Assembly (NCBI GenBank): GCA_963665845.2
Contig: OY762492.1
Location: forward strand, 3,328,001-3,392,000
From: Candidatus Poribacteria bacterium
GTDB taxonomy: Bacteria > Poribacteria > WGA-4E > GCA-2687025
Length of the DNA: 64,000 bases
Direction: 5' to 3'
Position numbers and translations under genes: made by a program. Numbering within the stretch: the stretch's first letter is position 1; each line of letters begins with the position of its first letter. The notes below the pieces were generated by a model. The model did no database searches. It saw nothing but the letters and a program-made list of their open reading frames with translations, and was not told where the DNA came from. Positions 38,317 to 48,768 of this stretch are shown here, piece after piece.

Positions 38317-39387
38317 ATGAAAGCATTTTGGAATCGAGCAGTCATGACAGCGGCCGCGGCGGCGCTGCTGGCGCTCAACGCGCAGGCGCACAACCCCCCG
38401 GAATCCTACCGAAGCTCCATCTTGATTGGGCATACGGGGACTGTTCGGGCGGTCGCGTTCTCGCCAGACGGCAGGACGCTTGCCAGCGGCAGCTTCGACG
38501 CGACGATTCGGCTGCGGGATATGAACGACTATAGGGCGGCAACGCTGAAAGGGCATGAATACGTCGTGAACTGCCTTGCATATTCCCCGGATGGGAAGAC
38601 GCTCGCCAGCGGCGGCGGCGGCGACGCAGCAGCGCGCGTCTGGAACGTAGCGACTGGAGAGACCGTCCAAACCTATACCGGCCATGAAAACGCGGTAACG
38701 AGCCTTGCATATTCCCCTGACGGCAAAACGATCGTCACCGGCAGCTACGATAAGACGATCCATCTATGGAAGGTCGGCTCTGGACAGGTCGTCCATAGCT
38801 GGAACTTCAAATCGGAAGATAAAGAGGACGACAAGAATACCCGCACAAACGAGGTACATAAGGTCGCGTTCTCACCGGATGGCAGCATCATCGCCGGCTG
38901 CATCGAAGGAAAGACGTCGCCAGTTTATCTATGGGACGCCGAAACCGGCGAAACAAAACGAACCTTCCATGAGCATCAGGATGACGTGAACGACTTTGTA
39001 TTCTCGCCCGACGGAAAGTTCATCGCCAGCGCCGGCGACGACGAAGGCAAAATACTGGTCTGGGGCGTCGAAACCGACCAGATGATCGTTCTCCAAATCG
39101 ACCCTTCGGAAATACAGAGCGTCTATGCGAGCGCCGATATTCTGTCCTTGGCGTTTTCGCCGGACGGCAAGACGATCGCCAGCGGCGGACGCGACTATTT
39201 CGTACGTTTGTGGGATGTCGAAACGGGCGCCTTGAAGGCGAAACTGGCTGGTCATACAGGCGTTGTTAACTCGCTCGCGTTCTCGCCGGACGGCAAGACG
39301 CTTGCCAGCGCCGGCGGCATCTCGCAGAACCCCAATCAACGCGACGACAGAACCGTTCGTATATGGAACCTGACCGAAGGCGAGTGA
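38317..39387 (+). CDS. Secreted WD40-repeat beta-propeller protein, paralog 2
   Basis: Signal peptide (AQA); seven WD40 repeats colinear with paralog 1. Confidence 0.95.
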   Translation: MKAFWNRAVMTAAAAALLALNAQAHNPPESYRSSILIGHTGTVRAVAFSPDGRTLASGSFDATIRLRDMNDYRAATLKGHEYVVNCLAYSPDGKTLASGGGGDAAARVWNVATGETVQTYTGHENAVTSLAYSPDGKTIVTGSYDKTIHLWKVGSGQVVHSWNFKSEDKEDDKNTRTNEVHKVAFSPDGSIIAGCIEGKTSPVYLWDAETGETKRTFHEHQDDVNDFVFSPDGKFIASAGDDEGKILVWGVETDQMIVLQIDPSEIQSVYASADILSLAFSPDGKTIASGGRDYFVRLWDVETGALKAKLAGHTGVVNSLAFSPDGKTLASAGGISQNPNQRDDRTVRIWNLTEGE

Positions 39388-39390
39388 ACG

Positions 39391-40721
39391 ATGCATAAAG
39401 CGGCGCGTCCATTTTTAAAACGAGCGCGGATGCGGGCTGCCTTGCGCGGCGCGTTATACGGTTCTTTTCTCGGCTCTGCGGCTCTTTTTGCCGCGTTGAC
39501 GGCTGGACGGCTCATGCGTTTTCCGTCCGCTTTTTTAGGCGCGGCGCTGTTTATAGCATGCGCCGCTGTCGGCGCCGTTTTCTTTTTTAAAAAAGCGCGC
39601 CGCGCGCCGCCGACACTGGCGGAAATCGACCGCTTTTACGACCTGAAAGACCGCGTCCAGACCGCCTACGCGCTTGAAACGGACGGCGCCTCTACGCCTA
39701 TGGAAGAAGCGCAGATCGCCGACGCGGTGGAGCGGCTCTCCAACGCGGACGCGAAGGCATGGATTCGGCGCCTCTTGCCGCGCTGGGCGTGGATGCCGCC
39801 GTGCGCGCTGATTCTGGCGTGCGCTCCGCTGCTGACGCCTCCGCCCGCGCCCGACCCAAACGCGATGACCGACAACGAACGTACCGCCGCGCTTGAAGTT
39901 GCCAACGCCCTCTCCATGGACAGCGAAGCTCATCAAAAGCTGAAACGCGCCGAGACGCTCCGCGAAGCGTTTGCGGCGCTGGCGGAGGCAGAAAAGCGGG
40001 CTGAAGAGGCGGCGCAAAGCGCGGAGGCTCTTGCGGCGGCGCAAAAAATACTGGCGCAAGACAAGCCGCTTTCAGACGCCCTGCGCGGCGCGGCGGCGGA
40101 CCCTCCTCCCGACATCGCCGAACGGCTGCGCGCCCTGCGCGACGCGCTCGCCTCCAACCGGTCGGCGGGGGCGGTTTTGGACGCGCTTGACGGCATCGAA
40201 ACGGCGGCCGTCTCGGCGGCGAAGCTGAACGCCATCGCCGACGCGCTGCGTCAACTGGAACAGCGCGCCGACCCGAACGCCGCCGACACCTTGAAACGCA
40301 TACGGGCGCAGAAACGCAAACTTGCCGCCGCCGCTCTCAACGCTCCCCCTCAAAACGGCAGCCGAAGCGGACAGACCGCCGGCGGAAACAACGCAGGTAC
40401 CGATCACGACAACAACCCTTCCGCGCGGACGCCGGCAGCTCTTCCTGAAGAGGCGCCTCAAAACAGCGCGCAGCTCCTTTTAGAAACGTTGGAAAACGCC
40501 GGCGCGCGCCAAGAGACGGTCTACTCTTCCAAAAAAGAGAGCGGAAAACCGAACGCAGAACCAGAACTGCTTCCGTTCAAACAGGTTGCGCTGAACGCAT
40601 CCCGCGCCGCCCTGGAAAACGCGGACGCGGAAGCCGTCAACTCCGAGAGGCTCCCCGCCGCTTACCGCGACCGCATTCGAAGATATTTCAAGGCGGTCGA
40701 AGCGGCGGCGCGGAACATGCC

Positions 40722-40725
<4 letters not shown>
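39391..40725 (+). CDS. Membrane-anchored helical protein of the type found beside MoxR genes
   Basis: Three N-terminal TM segments, D...L.DR..TA motif, Ala-rich coils, C-terminal LP.AYR..IRRYF. Confidence 0.75.
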
Positions 40726-41708
<983 letters not shown>

Positions 41709-41848
41709 ACTTTCCCTTGAAAATGGGGCTGGGGGAGGGTTTGAGCGCGGGTTGCGCTTATCTTTTGAACTAAGATTGAAGGATGATTAAGATTGCCAAG
41801 ACAGCGGCTCGCGAGAATTTCTTGGGAATCCTAGTTCCGACAACGGCG

Positions 41849-42016
41849 AAGATTCCCGCTTGCGCGGGAATGACGCCGGGCGGCAAGACGCCTAAGATTC
41901 CCGTTTTCACGGGAATGACGCCGGGCGGCGGCAAGACGCCTAAGATTCCCGTTTTCGCGGGAATGACGCCGGGCGGCGGCAAGACGCCTAAGATTTCCGC
42001 TTGCGCGGGAATGACG
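41849..42016. repeat. Tandem array of four ATTCCC-N8-GGGAAT hairpins (45-48 bp period)
   Basis: AAGATT(C/T)CC-N8-GGGAATGAC at 41849, 41894, 41942 and 41990, joined by GCCGGGCGGC(GGC)AAGACGCCT linkers. Confidence 0.9.
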
Positions 42017-42048
42017 ACGGGCGGCGCATGCGCGTACTGCCTTCTAGG

Positions 42049-43011
42049 TTATTTCTTTTTCTTCCTGAATATATCTTTTCCGGTAATCCAAACAAAGAAA
42101 TAGAGCAGTGCGAACATCCCAGCGAACTCAATGACGCACAATAGAGTCGCGTTCAACGGGCGGCCTACGCCCGCTTCGATCAACAGCAGCGCTATTTTTC
42201 CGCCGTCCAGCGGCGGTATCGGCAGCAGGTTGAACGCTCCCAGCGCGACGCTGATCCCGCCGGTCAGCAGGCAGAGAAAAGTCAACCATGACCAGCCCCC
42301 TGTCACCTCTTTTTGAGTCTCGTTGACAATGCCGATCATCTCGCGAAGCGAATCGGTCGATTCCTTGCGCGCGATAGCGCTTCTCATGCTGGCGGCAAAG
42401 GTCTCTTTAAGAATGCCTGCGGTCATTGAAACGGTCTCGACAGAGGATGAGTCGGATTTGTCCCGCTCTGGAGGCGGAGGGGGGCCGTCGGATTCATTCT
42501 CTGCGGGTCCGACAGGGGGCAATTCGGATATTTTCCACTGCGGCGGCGGGGAGTCGGCGGTTTCATTCTCCATCGACAGCTTCCTCTTCTTTTTCTTTCC
42601 CGCCGAATCTAACTTGTTGAAAAGCGCGACGGCTGCGAACAACAGAGCCGCGAACAGAACGCTGCTGATCGGACCCGCGCCGATTGCCGTCAACCGCTTC
42701 CAGACGGGCTGCGACTTGAAAGGCGTCTCTCCTTGCTCAACCTTGCCAGGAAAACGCACATATCCGCCCGCCGGAATCCAGGAGAGACAGTATTCCGTGC
42801 CGCCGATCTCTGTTTTAAACAGAATAGGTCCAAAGCCGACAGAAAAGCGGTCTGCATGGATTCCGACCGCTTTTCCAGCAAGCAGATGCCCAAACTCATG
42901 GGCGCTCACCGCCGCGCTCAACATGAGCAGCGCCGCAAGGATCTTCAACAAACCCAACGCCCAACGCCGCAGCGTCCGCTCGTCAGAAGCGCGGGGGTCG
43001 GTCGAGTTCAT
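42049..43011 (-). CDS. M50 site-2 protease, short RseP paralog lacking PDZ domains
   Basis: HEFGH, FSVGFG, IPAGGYV, GAGP, NLLPIPPLDGG; PDZ region replaced by a Lys/Pro/Ser-rich linker. Confidence 0.88.
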   Translation of the reverse strand: MNSTDPRASDERTLRRWALGLLKILAALLMLSAAVSAHEFGHLLAGKAVGIHADRFSVGFGPILFKTEIGGTEYCLSWIPAGGYVRFPGKVEQGETPFKSQPVWKRLTAIGAGPISSVLFAALLFAAVALFNKLDSAGKKKKRKLSMENETADSPPPQWKISELPPVGPAENESDGPPPPPERDKSDSSSVETVSMTAGILKETFAASMRSAIARKESTDSLREMIGIVNETQKEVTGGWSWLTFLCLLTGGISVALGAFNLLPIPPLDGGKIALLLIEAGVGRPLNATLLCVIEFAGMFALLYFFVWITGKDIFRKKKK

Positions 43012-43020
43012 GCGGTTGAT

Positions 43021-44877
43021 TTACCAGTAGAGAATGTCTTTTAAGGTGATGACCGCAAAGAGCGCCATCAAAGCCCATATGCTGACATTTTGAATAGCCG
43101 CTTGAATCTTCAAGCTCAACGGGCGCCCGCGCGCGCCTTCATATAAAAAGAACAGAATCTGACCCCCGTCCGCAATCGGTATCGGCAGCAGGTTCACAAT
43201 CGCCAAGTTGATGCTGATCCAAGCCATCAGCCGAAGCACCGAGTAGACGGTCGTCCATGTCCAGCCGTCGCCGAGCATCTTCTGCGTCACATTCACAATG
43301 CCGACCGGCCCGCTCACAAACTTTGGCGACACTTCTCCAGAGACGAGCCGCTTCAAAAAGGAGACGATCTCCTTGACCGAATCGCCCGCCATGGAGACGC
43401 CCTTGCCGATGGAGCCGATAGCGCCGTGCCGTTCCGTTTTCGGGGGAGCCGCGCCGACCAGATACCGCTCCGACGCGTCGGCGTCGGTCAACACAAACTG
43501 CTCCGCAAGCGCCAAGCCGTTCAGCTTCAGATAAGACGGATTTTCGGCAAGGTTGGACCGCAGCGTCAAGCCTTCGATCTGGACGCGCCCGTCCCGAACG
43601 ACCGCCTCCGTTTCGATCTGAATGCCGCCGCCCAGAACGGCAGAATCGCGCGCAAACTCTAAGGTCGACAACCTGCCCTCGGCGGAAGCGCGCTCAACCG
43701 ACGCGAGCGCGCCGTCATAGTCGGAGACGGGAACGCCGTTCACGGAGATCAGCCGGTCCCCCAAGCGCAGCTTCTCGACGGCGGGGTTGACCGCGGCGTC
43801 CGCCTCCGCGGCCGTAACGGAGATCGACAGGGCAAGCTTCGCGTACAGCGGCTGAAGCTCTTCTCCGTCTTTTTCAAAGGTCAGTCGGCGCGTCTCTTGA
43901 TCTGCGCCGCTCAAGATAAGAGCGCGGGCGTCCGCGGCGGAACGTATCGGCTTTCCGTCAATCTCGGTCAGATAGGAGCCGAGCGCGACGCCTTTTTCCG
44001 CATACGCCTCTGCAGGTTCCTGCGCAACCGCCACGCGCGTCAGCGCCGTGAAACGCCCCGTCCCGCCGTCCTCAAACGCCACCTCGGTTTCCTTCCCCGC
44101 CGAGTTGCGCAGCGCCTCTCCGAGGTACCCCTCCACTCCGCCGATGGACGCGATGACGCGAGGCTTCGCTGTTTTATCGCCTTCTTTGTAGGCGGCTAAG
44201 GAAAACATCCGCCGGACGCCGATCTGCCCCATCTCCATTTTGTCGCGCATGACAGGTCTTGGGGTGAGGTTGATCTCCATCTCGGCGCCTTCCCGCAGCG
44301 CCTTGATGGTGGTCGGCTTGTCGGGGCGCAGCATCACCTCTTGGGTCAATTCGTTGAAGGAGTCGATGGGGCGCCCGTTGACTTCTAGGACGCGGTCGCC
44401 TGGGCGCAAGCCCGCCATGGCGGCGGGGGAGCGGTAGGACGGGTCGTCCCAATAGGCGCCTTCTCCCGCTTCCGTTTCGGTCACCTCGCCGATGAGCGGC
44501 TCCGGTTCAACAGGGATTCCGCCCGCCGCCAGAACTGCAAAGAGAACCGCGCCGAGCAGAATGTTGCTCAACGGTCCGGCGCCGACGACCGCGAGACGCT
44601 TCCAAACAGGCGCTTGATGAAACTCCCCCTCTAGCCGTTCTTCGTCTTCAGAGTATTCGCCGGGGAATTTCACATATCCGCCGGCGGGTATCATGGAGAG
44701 TCGGTATTCGGTGCCGCCGCGCGTGAATTTGATCAATGGACGGCCGAAGCCGATCGAGAACACCTCCGCATGGATTCCGACCGCTTTTCCCATCAAAAAA
44801 TGCGCAAGTTCATGAATAAAAATGAGCGCGCTCAACAGCAGCAGCGCAATCAGGATCGTCAATACGCTTCCAAACAT
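43021..44877 (-). CDS. rseP: RIP metalloprotease RseP
   Basis: HELAH, PDZ motifs (SPA..AGL.PGD, L..GD), SGPVGI, NLLPIP..DGG; directly downstream of dxr. Confidence 0.92.
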   Translation of the reverse strand: MFGSVLTILIALLLLSALIFIHELAHFLMGKAVGIHAEVFSIGFGRPLIKFTRGGTEYRLSMIPAGGYVKFPGEYSEDEERLEGEFHQAPVWKRLAVVGAGPLSNILLGAVLFAVLAAGGIPVEPEPLIGEVTETEAGEGAYWDDPSYRSPAAMAGLRPGDRVLEVNGRPIDSFNELTQEVMLRPDKPTTIKALREGAEMEINLTPRPVMRDKMEMGQIGVRRMFSLAAYKEGDKTAKPRVIASIGGVEGYLGEALRNSAGKETEVAFEDGGTGRFTALTRVAVAQEPAEAYAEKGVALGSYLTEIDGKPIRSAADARALILSGADQETRRLTFEKDGEELQPLYAKLALSISVTAAEADAAVNPAVEKLRLGDRLISVNGVPVSDYDGALASVERASAEGRLSTLEFARDSAVLGGGIQIETEAVVRDGRVQIEGLTLRSNLAENPSYLKLNGLALAEQFVLTDADASERYLVGAAPPKTERHGAIGSIGKGVSMAGDSVKEIVSFLKRLVSGEVSPKFVSGPVGIVNVTQKMLGDGWTWTTVYSVLRLMAWISINLAIVNLLPIPIADGGQILFFLYEGARGRPLSLKIQAAIQNVSIWALMALFAVITLKDILYW

Positions 44878-44880
44878 TGA

Positions 44881-46050
44881 TCAAACAACGCCTTCCATTA
44901 GTGATTGTACCTCTTCTTTCGCCCATTCGTCCGCCGCCAGCGCCTCTTTTAAGGTCGGCGAGGCGATGGAGTCGTGCCGCCGCATCGCCTCTGACAAGAG
45001 GGTCGGAATCTGATCGAATCGTATTTTTTTCTTTAAAAAAGCCGCCGCCGCCGCTTCGTCCGCTCCGCTCAACGCCGCCGGCATCGTTCCGCCCGCTTTT
45101 CCCGCCTCATACGCCAGACGCAAACACGGGAACCGCTCTAGGTCGGGCGGCTCAAAGGTCAAGGAGCCGATCTCGGCAAGCCGCATACGCCCGACTCCGC
45201 TCGGAAGATGACGGGGGTAGGTCAACGCATACTGAATCGGGACGCGCATGTCGGGCAGACCCATCTGCGCCAGGACGGAGCCGTCCTTCAACTCCACATA
45301 AGAATGCACAATGCTCTGCGGATGCACAACCACATCGATTCTGTCCATGTCCATGTCGAACAGCCAGCGCGCCTCAATCGCCTCAAAGCCCTTGTTCATG
45401 AGCGTCGCCGAGTCGATCGTCACTTTGGCGCCCATGTCCCAGTTTGGATGGTTCAGCGCCTGTTCGGGGGTGATTTCTTTAAAGCGTTCGCGCGGCGTTT
45501 CGCGGAAGGGGCCGCCGGAGGCTGTTAATCCGAGGCGCGCCACATCGCCGCGGTTTTGGACGCCTTCTAAGCATTGAAACACGGCGCTCATTTCGCTGTC
45601 GACCGGCAGAATGCGCGCGCCGCTTTGCGCCGCCGTTTTCATCAGCAATTCGCCCGACAGCGCCAGCGCTTCTTTATTCACAAACGCGATGTCAATCCCC
45701 GCCCGCGCCGCTTCAAAGGTCGGGATCAGCCCTGCCCGTCCGCCGATGCCGCATAGCGTCATATCCAGATCCGGAAGGGAGGCGGCTTGGGCGAGGCTGT
45801 CTTCGCCGGCGGCAACCTGTATGTCCAGCCCGCGCAGCCGATCCGCCAGTACAGCGGCGGCGTCCGGATTCGACATGACCGCAAGGCGCGGTTTAAAACG
45901 GCGCGCCTGCTTTTCCAGCAGGTCCACATTTGAATGCGCCGACAATGCGGTCAGCTGAAACAGGTCGGGATGCAGCCGCGCCGTTTTGAGCGCGCTGCGC
46001 CCGATGGAACCTGTTGAGCCTAAAATTGCGATCCGCTTTTTCGGAATCAT
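44881..46050 (-). CDS. dxr: 1-deoxy-D-xylulose 5-phosphate reductoisomerase
   Basis: ILGSTGSIG, NKE, LPVDSE, LTASGGPFR, HPNW.MG.K.TIDSAT.MNKG.E. Confidence 0.97.
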   Translation of the reverse strand: MIPKKRIAILGSTGSIGRSALKTARLHPDLFQLTALSAHSNVDLLEKQARRFKPRLAVMSNPDAAAVLADRLRGLDIQVAAGEDSLAQAASLPDLDMTLCGIGGRAGLIPTFEAARAGIDIAFVNKEALALSGELLMKTAAQSGARILPVDSEMSAVFQCLEGVQNRGDVARLGLTASGGPFRETPRERFKEITPEQALNHPNWDMGAKVTIDSATLMNKGFEAIEARWLFDMDMDRIDVVVHPQSIVHSYVELKDGSVLAQMGLPDMRVPIQYALTYPRHLPSGVGRMRLAEIGSLTFEPPDLERFPCLRLAYEAGKAGGTMPAALSGADEAAAAAFLKKKIRFDQIPTLLSEAMRRHDSIASPTLKEALAADEWAKEEVQSLMEGVV

Positions 46051-46069
46051 CGCCTCAGTTCGTTCATTT

Positions 46070-46852
46070 TTAAACGTTGGACAGCCAGTACCAGTAATAA
46101 TACAGCGCCGGGAACGTAAAGACGAAGCTATCGAACCGGTCTAAAAAACCGCCATGCCCCGGAAACAGCGTTCCCGAATCTTTGACGCCGCCGCTGCGTT
46201 TCAACGCCGAGGCGAACAGGTCGCTCATTGGGGCTGTTAGCCCGACAATCATTCCCGCGCCCAGCGCCGCCTTCCATTCAACGGCTCCGAGCCATGCGCC
46301 GGCGAGCCAGCCGGCAACGGCGGCGCCCGCAAACCCTGCCGCAAACCCCTCCCATGTTTTCCGCCCGCTGATGTTCGGCGCCAGAGGCAGCTTGCCCAAA
46401 TACCGCCCGACGAAATACGCCGCCGAGTCGCATATCCAGACCGTCAAGGCGGTCAACAGAAGCCAGCGCGCTCCCTCCAGGCGATGCAGCCGAATGCCAT
46501 GCCAGCCAAAACACCAGCCGAACAGAACGACCCCGAACAGAACGCAGCTGGACCGCTTCAAAAACGTATCGACCGGACCTTTGAAGACGACAGGGATAAG
46601 CGAGCCTAACGCCAGCAAGCCGATCCAGCCGCCGAAGAGCGACGCCGCCCCCGCCGCGAGAGCCGCCCATGCCCGTTCTATGCGGTTGAGCGGCGCGCCC
46701 GCCTCGGACGCGATTCTGCCGTACTCCCAGCACATTCCCGCCGAGAGCGCGCATAATAGCCCCGCCGCCGAAACGCCCCATGGGTCGAACCATAAAATAT
46801 ACAGCCCGATCGGGAGCAGTACCGCCGCTGTCAACAGACGCCGGCGCATCAA
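46070..46852 (-). CDS. cdsA: Phosphatidate cytidylyltransferase
   Basis: W..DS.AYF.G, S..KTWEG, KR..GVKDSG...PGHGG.LDRFDS. Confidence 0.93.
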   Translation of the reverse strand: MMRRRLLTAAVLLPIGLYILWFDPWGVSAAGLLCALSAGMCWEYGRIASEAGAPLNRIERAWAALAAGAASLFGGWIGLLALGSLIPVVFKGPVDTFLKRSSCVLFGVVLFGWCFGWHGIRLHRLEGARWLLLTALTVWICDSAAYFVGRYLGKLPLAPNISGRKTWEGFAAGFAGAAVAGWLAGAWLGAVEWKAALGAGMIVGLTAPMSDLFASALKRSGGVKDSGTLFPGHGGFLDRFDSFVFTFPALYYYWYWLSNV

Positions 46853-47595
46853 TCCGCGCCGACCCGCGAAGCCTCTACCAATGCGCGAAACAGGCGCCGC
46901 GCCTCTTCCAGCGAGTCGCCCATCGATTCAGGGTGCCATTGAACGCCCGCCGCGAACCGATGCGCCCGGCTCTCAATGCCCTCAATGACGCCGTCAACGG
47001 CATGCGAGACGGCATGAAACGGCTCTGGAACATTCGCGGCGGCTTGATGATGAAACGAATTGACGCGGAAGGTCAGCGAGCCGAACGCTTCAGCCAGCAG
47101 GCTGCCGCTTTCAACCTTCACCATATGGACTCCCAGCCAGACAGGCGCTTTTTGAACATGCTGTATCGGCTTTGGAACGACCGAGGGGATGTCCTGGATG
47201 ACAGAGCCGCCGGCGGCGACGTTCAATATCTGAATCCCCTTGCATACGCCCAAGACAGGCATGTCCCGTTCCAGCGCGAGGCGGCACAGGTTCAGCTCAA
47301 ACAGATCCCGCAGCGGGTCAACCGCCCCCAGCCCCTGCGCCGGTTCCTCGCCAAACAGATGCGGGGCGATGTCCCCTCCGCCTGAAAAGAGGACGCCGTC
47401 TACCGCGTCCAAGTACGCCTTCGCCGCTTCAGGGTCGGTCGCGGTCGGCAGGAGCAGCGGCGTTCCGCCCGCCGTCCAGACGCTTTGCGCATAATCGTCC
47501 TTCAGGCGATGCGTTCCGTTCATGCGGTTCGGGTCGCGCACCCCCTCGGCGGGGTCCAGCTGGCAGGTGATTCCGATGATGGGTCGGTTTGGCAA
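46849..47595 (-). CDS. Class I glutamine amidotransferase, peptidase C26 (PuuD-like)
   Basis: SGGGD..P, PVLGVCKG.Q.LNVA.GG, VNSFHHQA, GVQWHPE. Confidence 0.9.
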   Translation of the reverse strand: MPNRPIIGITCQLDPAEGVRDPNRMNGTHRLKDDYAQSVWTAGGTPLLLPTATDPEAAKAYLDAVDGVLFSGGGDIAPHLFGEEPAQGLGAVDPLRDLFELNLCRLALERDMPVLGVCKGIQILNVAAGGSVIQDIPSVVPKPIQHVQKAPVWLGVHMVKVESGSLLAEAFGSLTFRVNSFHHQAAANVPEPFHAVSHAVDGVIEGIESRAHRFAAGVQWHPESMGDSLEEARRLFRALVEASRVGAD

Positions 47596-47628
47596 ATTTG
47601 CCTCCTATAAAGCAAACAACACTCTAGA

Positions 47629-47720
47629 CCGTCATTCCCGCGTAAGCGGGAATCTAGAGGCGGCACAGAAACCGTCCGCATCCGCCCGCCGACATGTCCC
47701 AACTAAAGCCTCAAGGTCAG
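47629..47720. mobile_element. MITE family A, one-ended copy
   Basis: CCGTCATTCCCGCGTAAGCGGGAATCTAGAGGCG...TGTCCCAACTAAAGCCTCAAGGTCAG; colinear with 8237..8329. Confidence 0.7.
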
Positions 47721-47788
47721 CAATTAAAGATGACAAAGCGGCTCCATTGGGGCAATATTAACACAAAAGAGAATGGAACGCAAGAGAG

Positions 47789-47973
47789 GGTAGTACGCTC
47801 ATACGGGGATATCTGCGGCGCCGCGTCCGATTCCCCCTTGAAAAGGGGGCTAGGGGGGTTTAAAGAACGGGCGCGGCTGCTGCGACGCCTTAAGATTCCC
47901 GCTTACGCGGGAATGACGACAAGCGGCGCGGGCGCTTAGAGTCAAAATGAAATCCCCGCATGGGCGTATCACC
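47789..47973. mobile_element. MITE family B, complete copy with an 8-bp target-site duplication
   Basis: TIRs GGTAGTACGCTCATACGGGGAT / ATCCCCGCATGGGCGTATCACC; CAAGAGAG at 47781-47788 and 47974-47981. Confidence 0.82.
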
Positions 47974-47999
47974 CAAGAGAGAGCGGAAGGACGAAAACG

Positions 48000-48743
48000 A
48001 TGACGATCTATCCAGCGATCGATATGCTGGGGGGGCGGTGCGTGCGTCTTCAGCAGGGGGACCCGAATAAGGAAATTGTTTTTGCCGACGATCCGGTGAG
48101 TATGGCGCGCAAGTGGGCGGAGCAGGGCGCGGAATGGCTGCATATTGTGGATCTGGACGGCGCCTTTTCGGGTCAGCCCCGCAACGCCGAAGCGATCCGA
48201 AACATAGCCCGGTCGGTCGATAGGCCGATGCAGCTCGGCGGCGGGCTTCGGAATCCTGAACAGGTCGAGGCGGCGTTTGACGCCGGCATTCAGCGGGTCA
48301 TCATCGGAACCGCCGCCATTGAACAGCCGCAGATGGTCGCCCAGGTGGCAAAGAGGTTTCCGAATCGAGTGGCGGTCGGCATTGACGCGCGGGACGGGTT
48401 CGTCGCGGCGCGGGGATGGCGCGATGTGACCGACATTCCCGCTGTTGAATTCGCTCAAGACGCCGAACGGCTCGGAGCCGCCGCCATCATTTATACGGAC
48501 ATCGGGCGCGACGGCATGCTCACCGGGCATAACATTGAGGCGACCGTCAAGATCGCCGGCTCCGTCTCGATACCGGTCATCGGTTCGGGCGGCGTCAATT
48601 CGCTTCAAGATATTGAAAACGCCGCGAACGCCGACTCGCCCGGCATTGAGGGACTCATCACCGGCATGGCGCTTTATCAAGGCGTTTTCACCTTGAGAGA
48701 AGCCATCGAAACCGCCCAAAAAGCGGCGCGCAGCCGCTCATAA
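48000..48743 (+). CDS. hisA: ProFAR isomerase
   Basis: IYPAID..GG.CVRL.QG, LHIVDLDGA, QLGGG.R, YTDI.RDGML.G. Confidence 0.96.
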   Translation: MTIYPAIDMLGGRCVRLQQGDPNKEIVFADDPVSMARKWAEQGAEWLHIVDLDGAFSGQPRNAEAIRNIARSVDRPMQLGGGLRNPEQVEAAFDAGIQRVIIGTAAIEQPQMVAQVAKRFPNRVAVGIDARDGFVAARGWRDVTDIPAVEFAQDAERLGAAAIIYTDIGRDGMLTGHNIEATVKIAGSVSIPVIGSGGVNSLQDIENAANADSPGIEGLITGMALYQGVFTLREAIETAQKAARSRS

Positions 48744-48768
48744 ATCGAACCTTTCCTTTTAGAAAGCA

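Noticed and set aside
37204-39387. Diversity-generating retroelement acting on the WD40 pair
   Set aside because: No reverse transcriptase, and the differences include indels and all base types rather than adenine-specific changes.
41849-42016. CRISPR array or short repeat-protein genes (ORFs 41770..41982, 41783..42103)
   Set aside because: Linkers are near identical, and the ORFs are translations of the repeat (KIPACAGMT) without an RBS.
48744-48768. SAM or cobalamin riboswitch before the methionine genes
   Set aside because: The intergenic space is only about 25 bp, and no riboswitch motif is visible upstream of hisA, which is occupied by MITEs.
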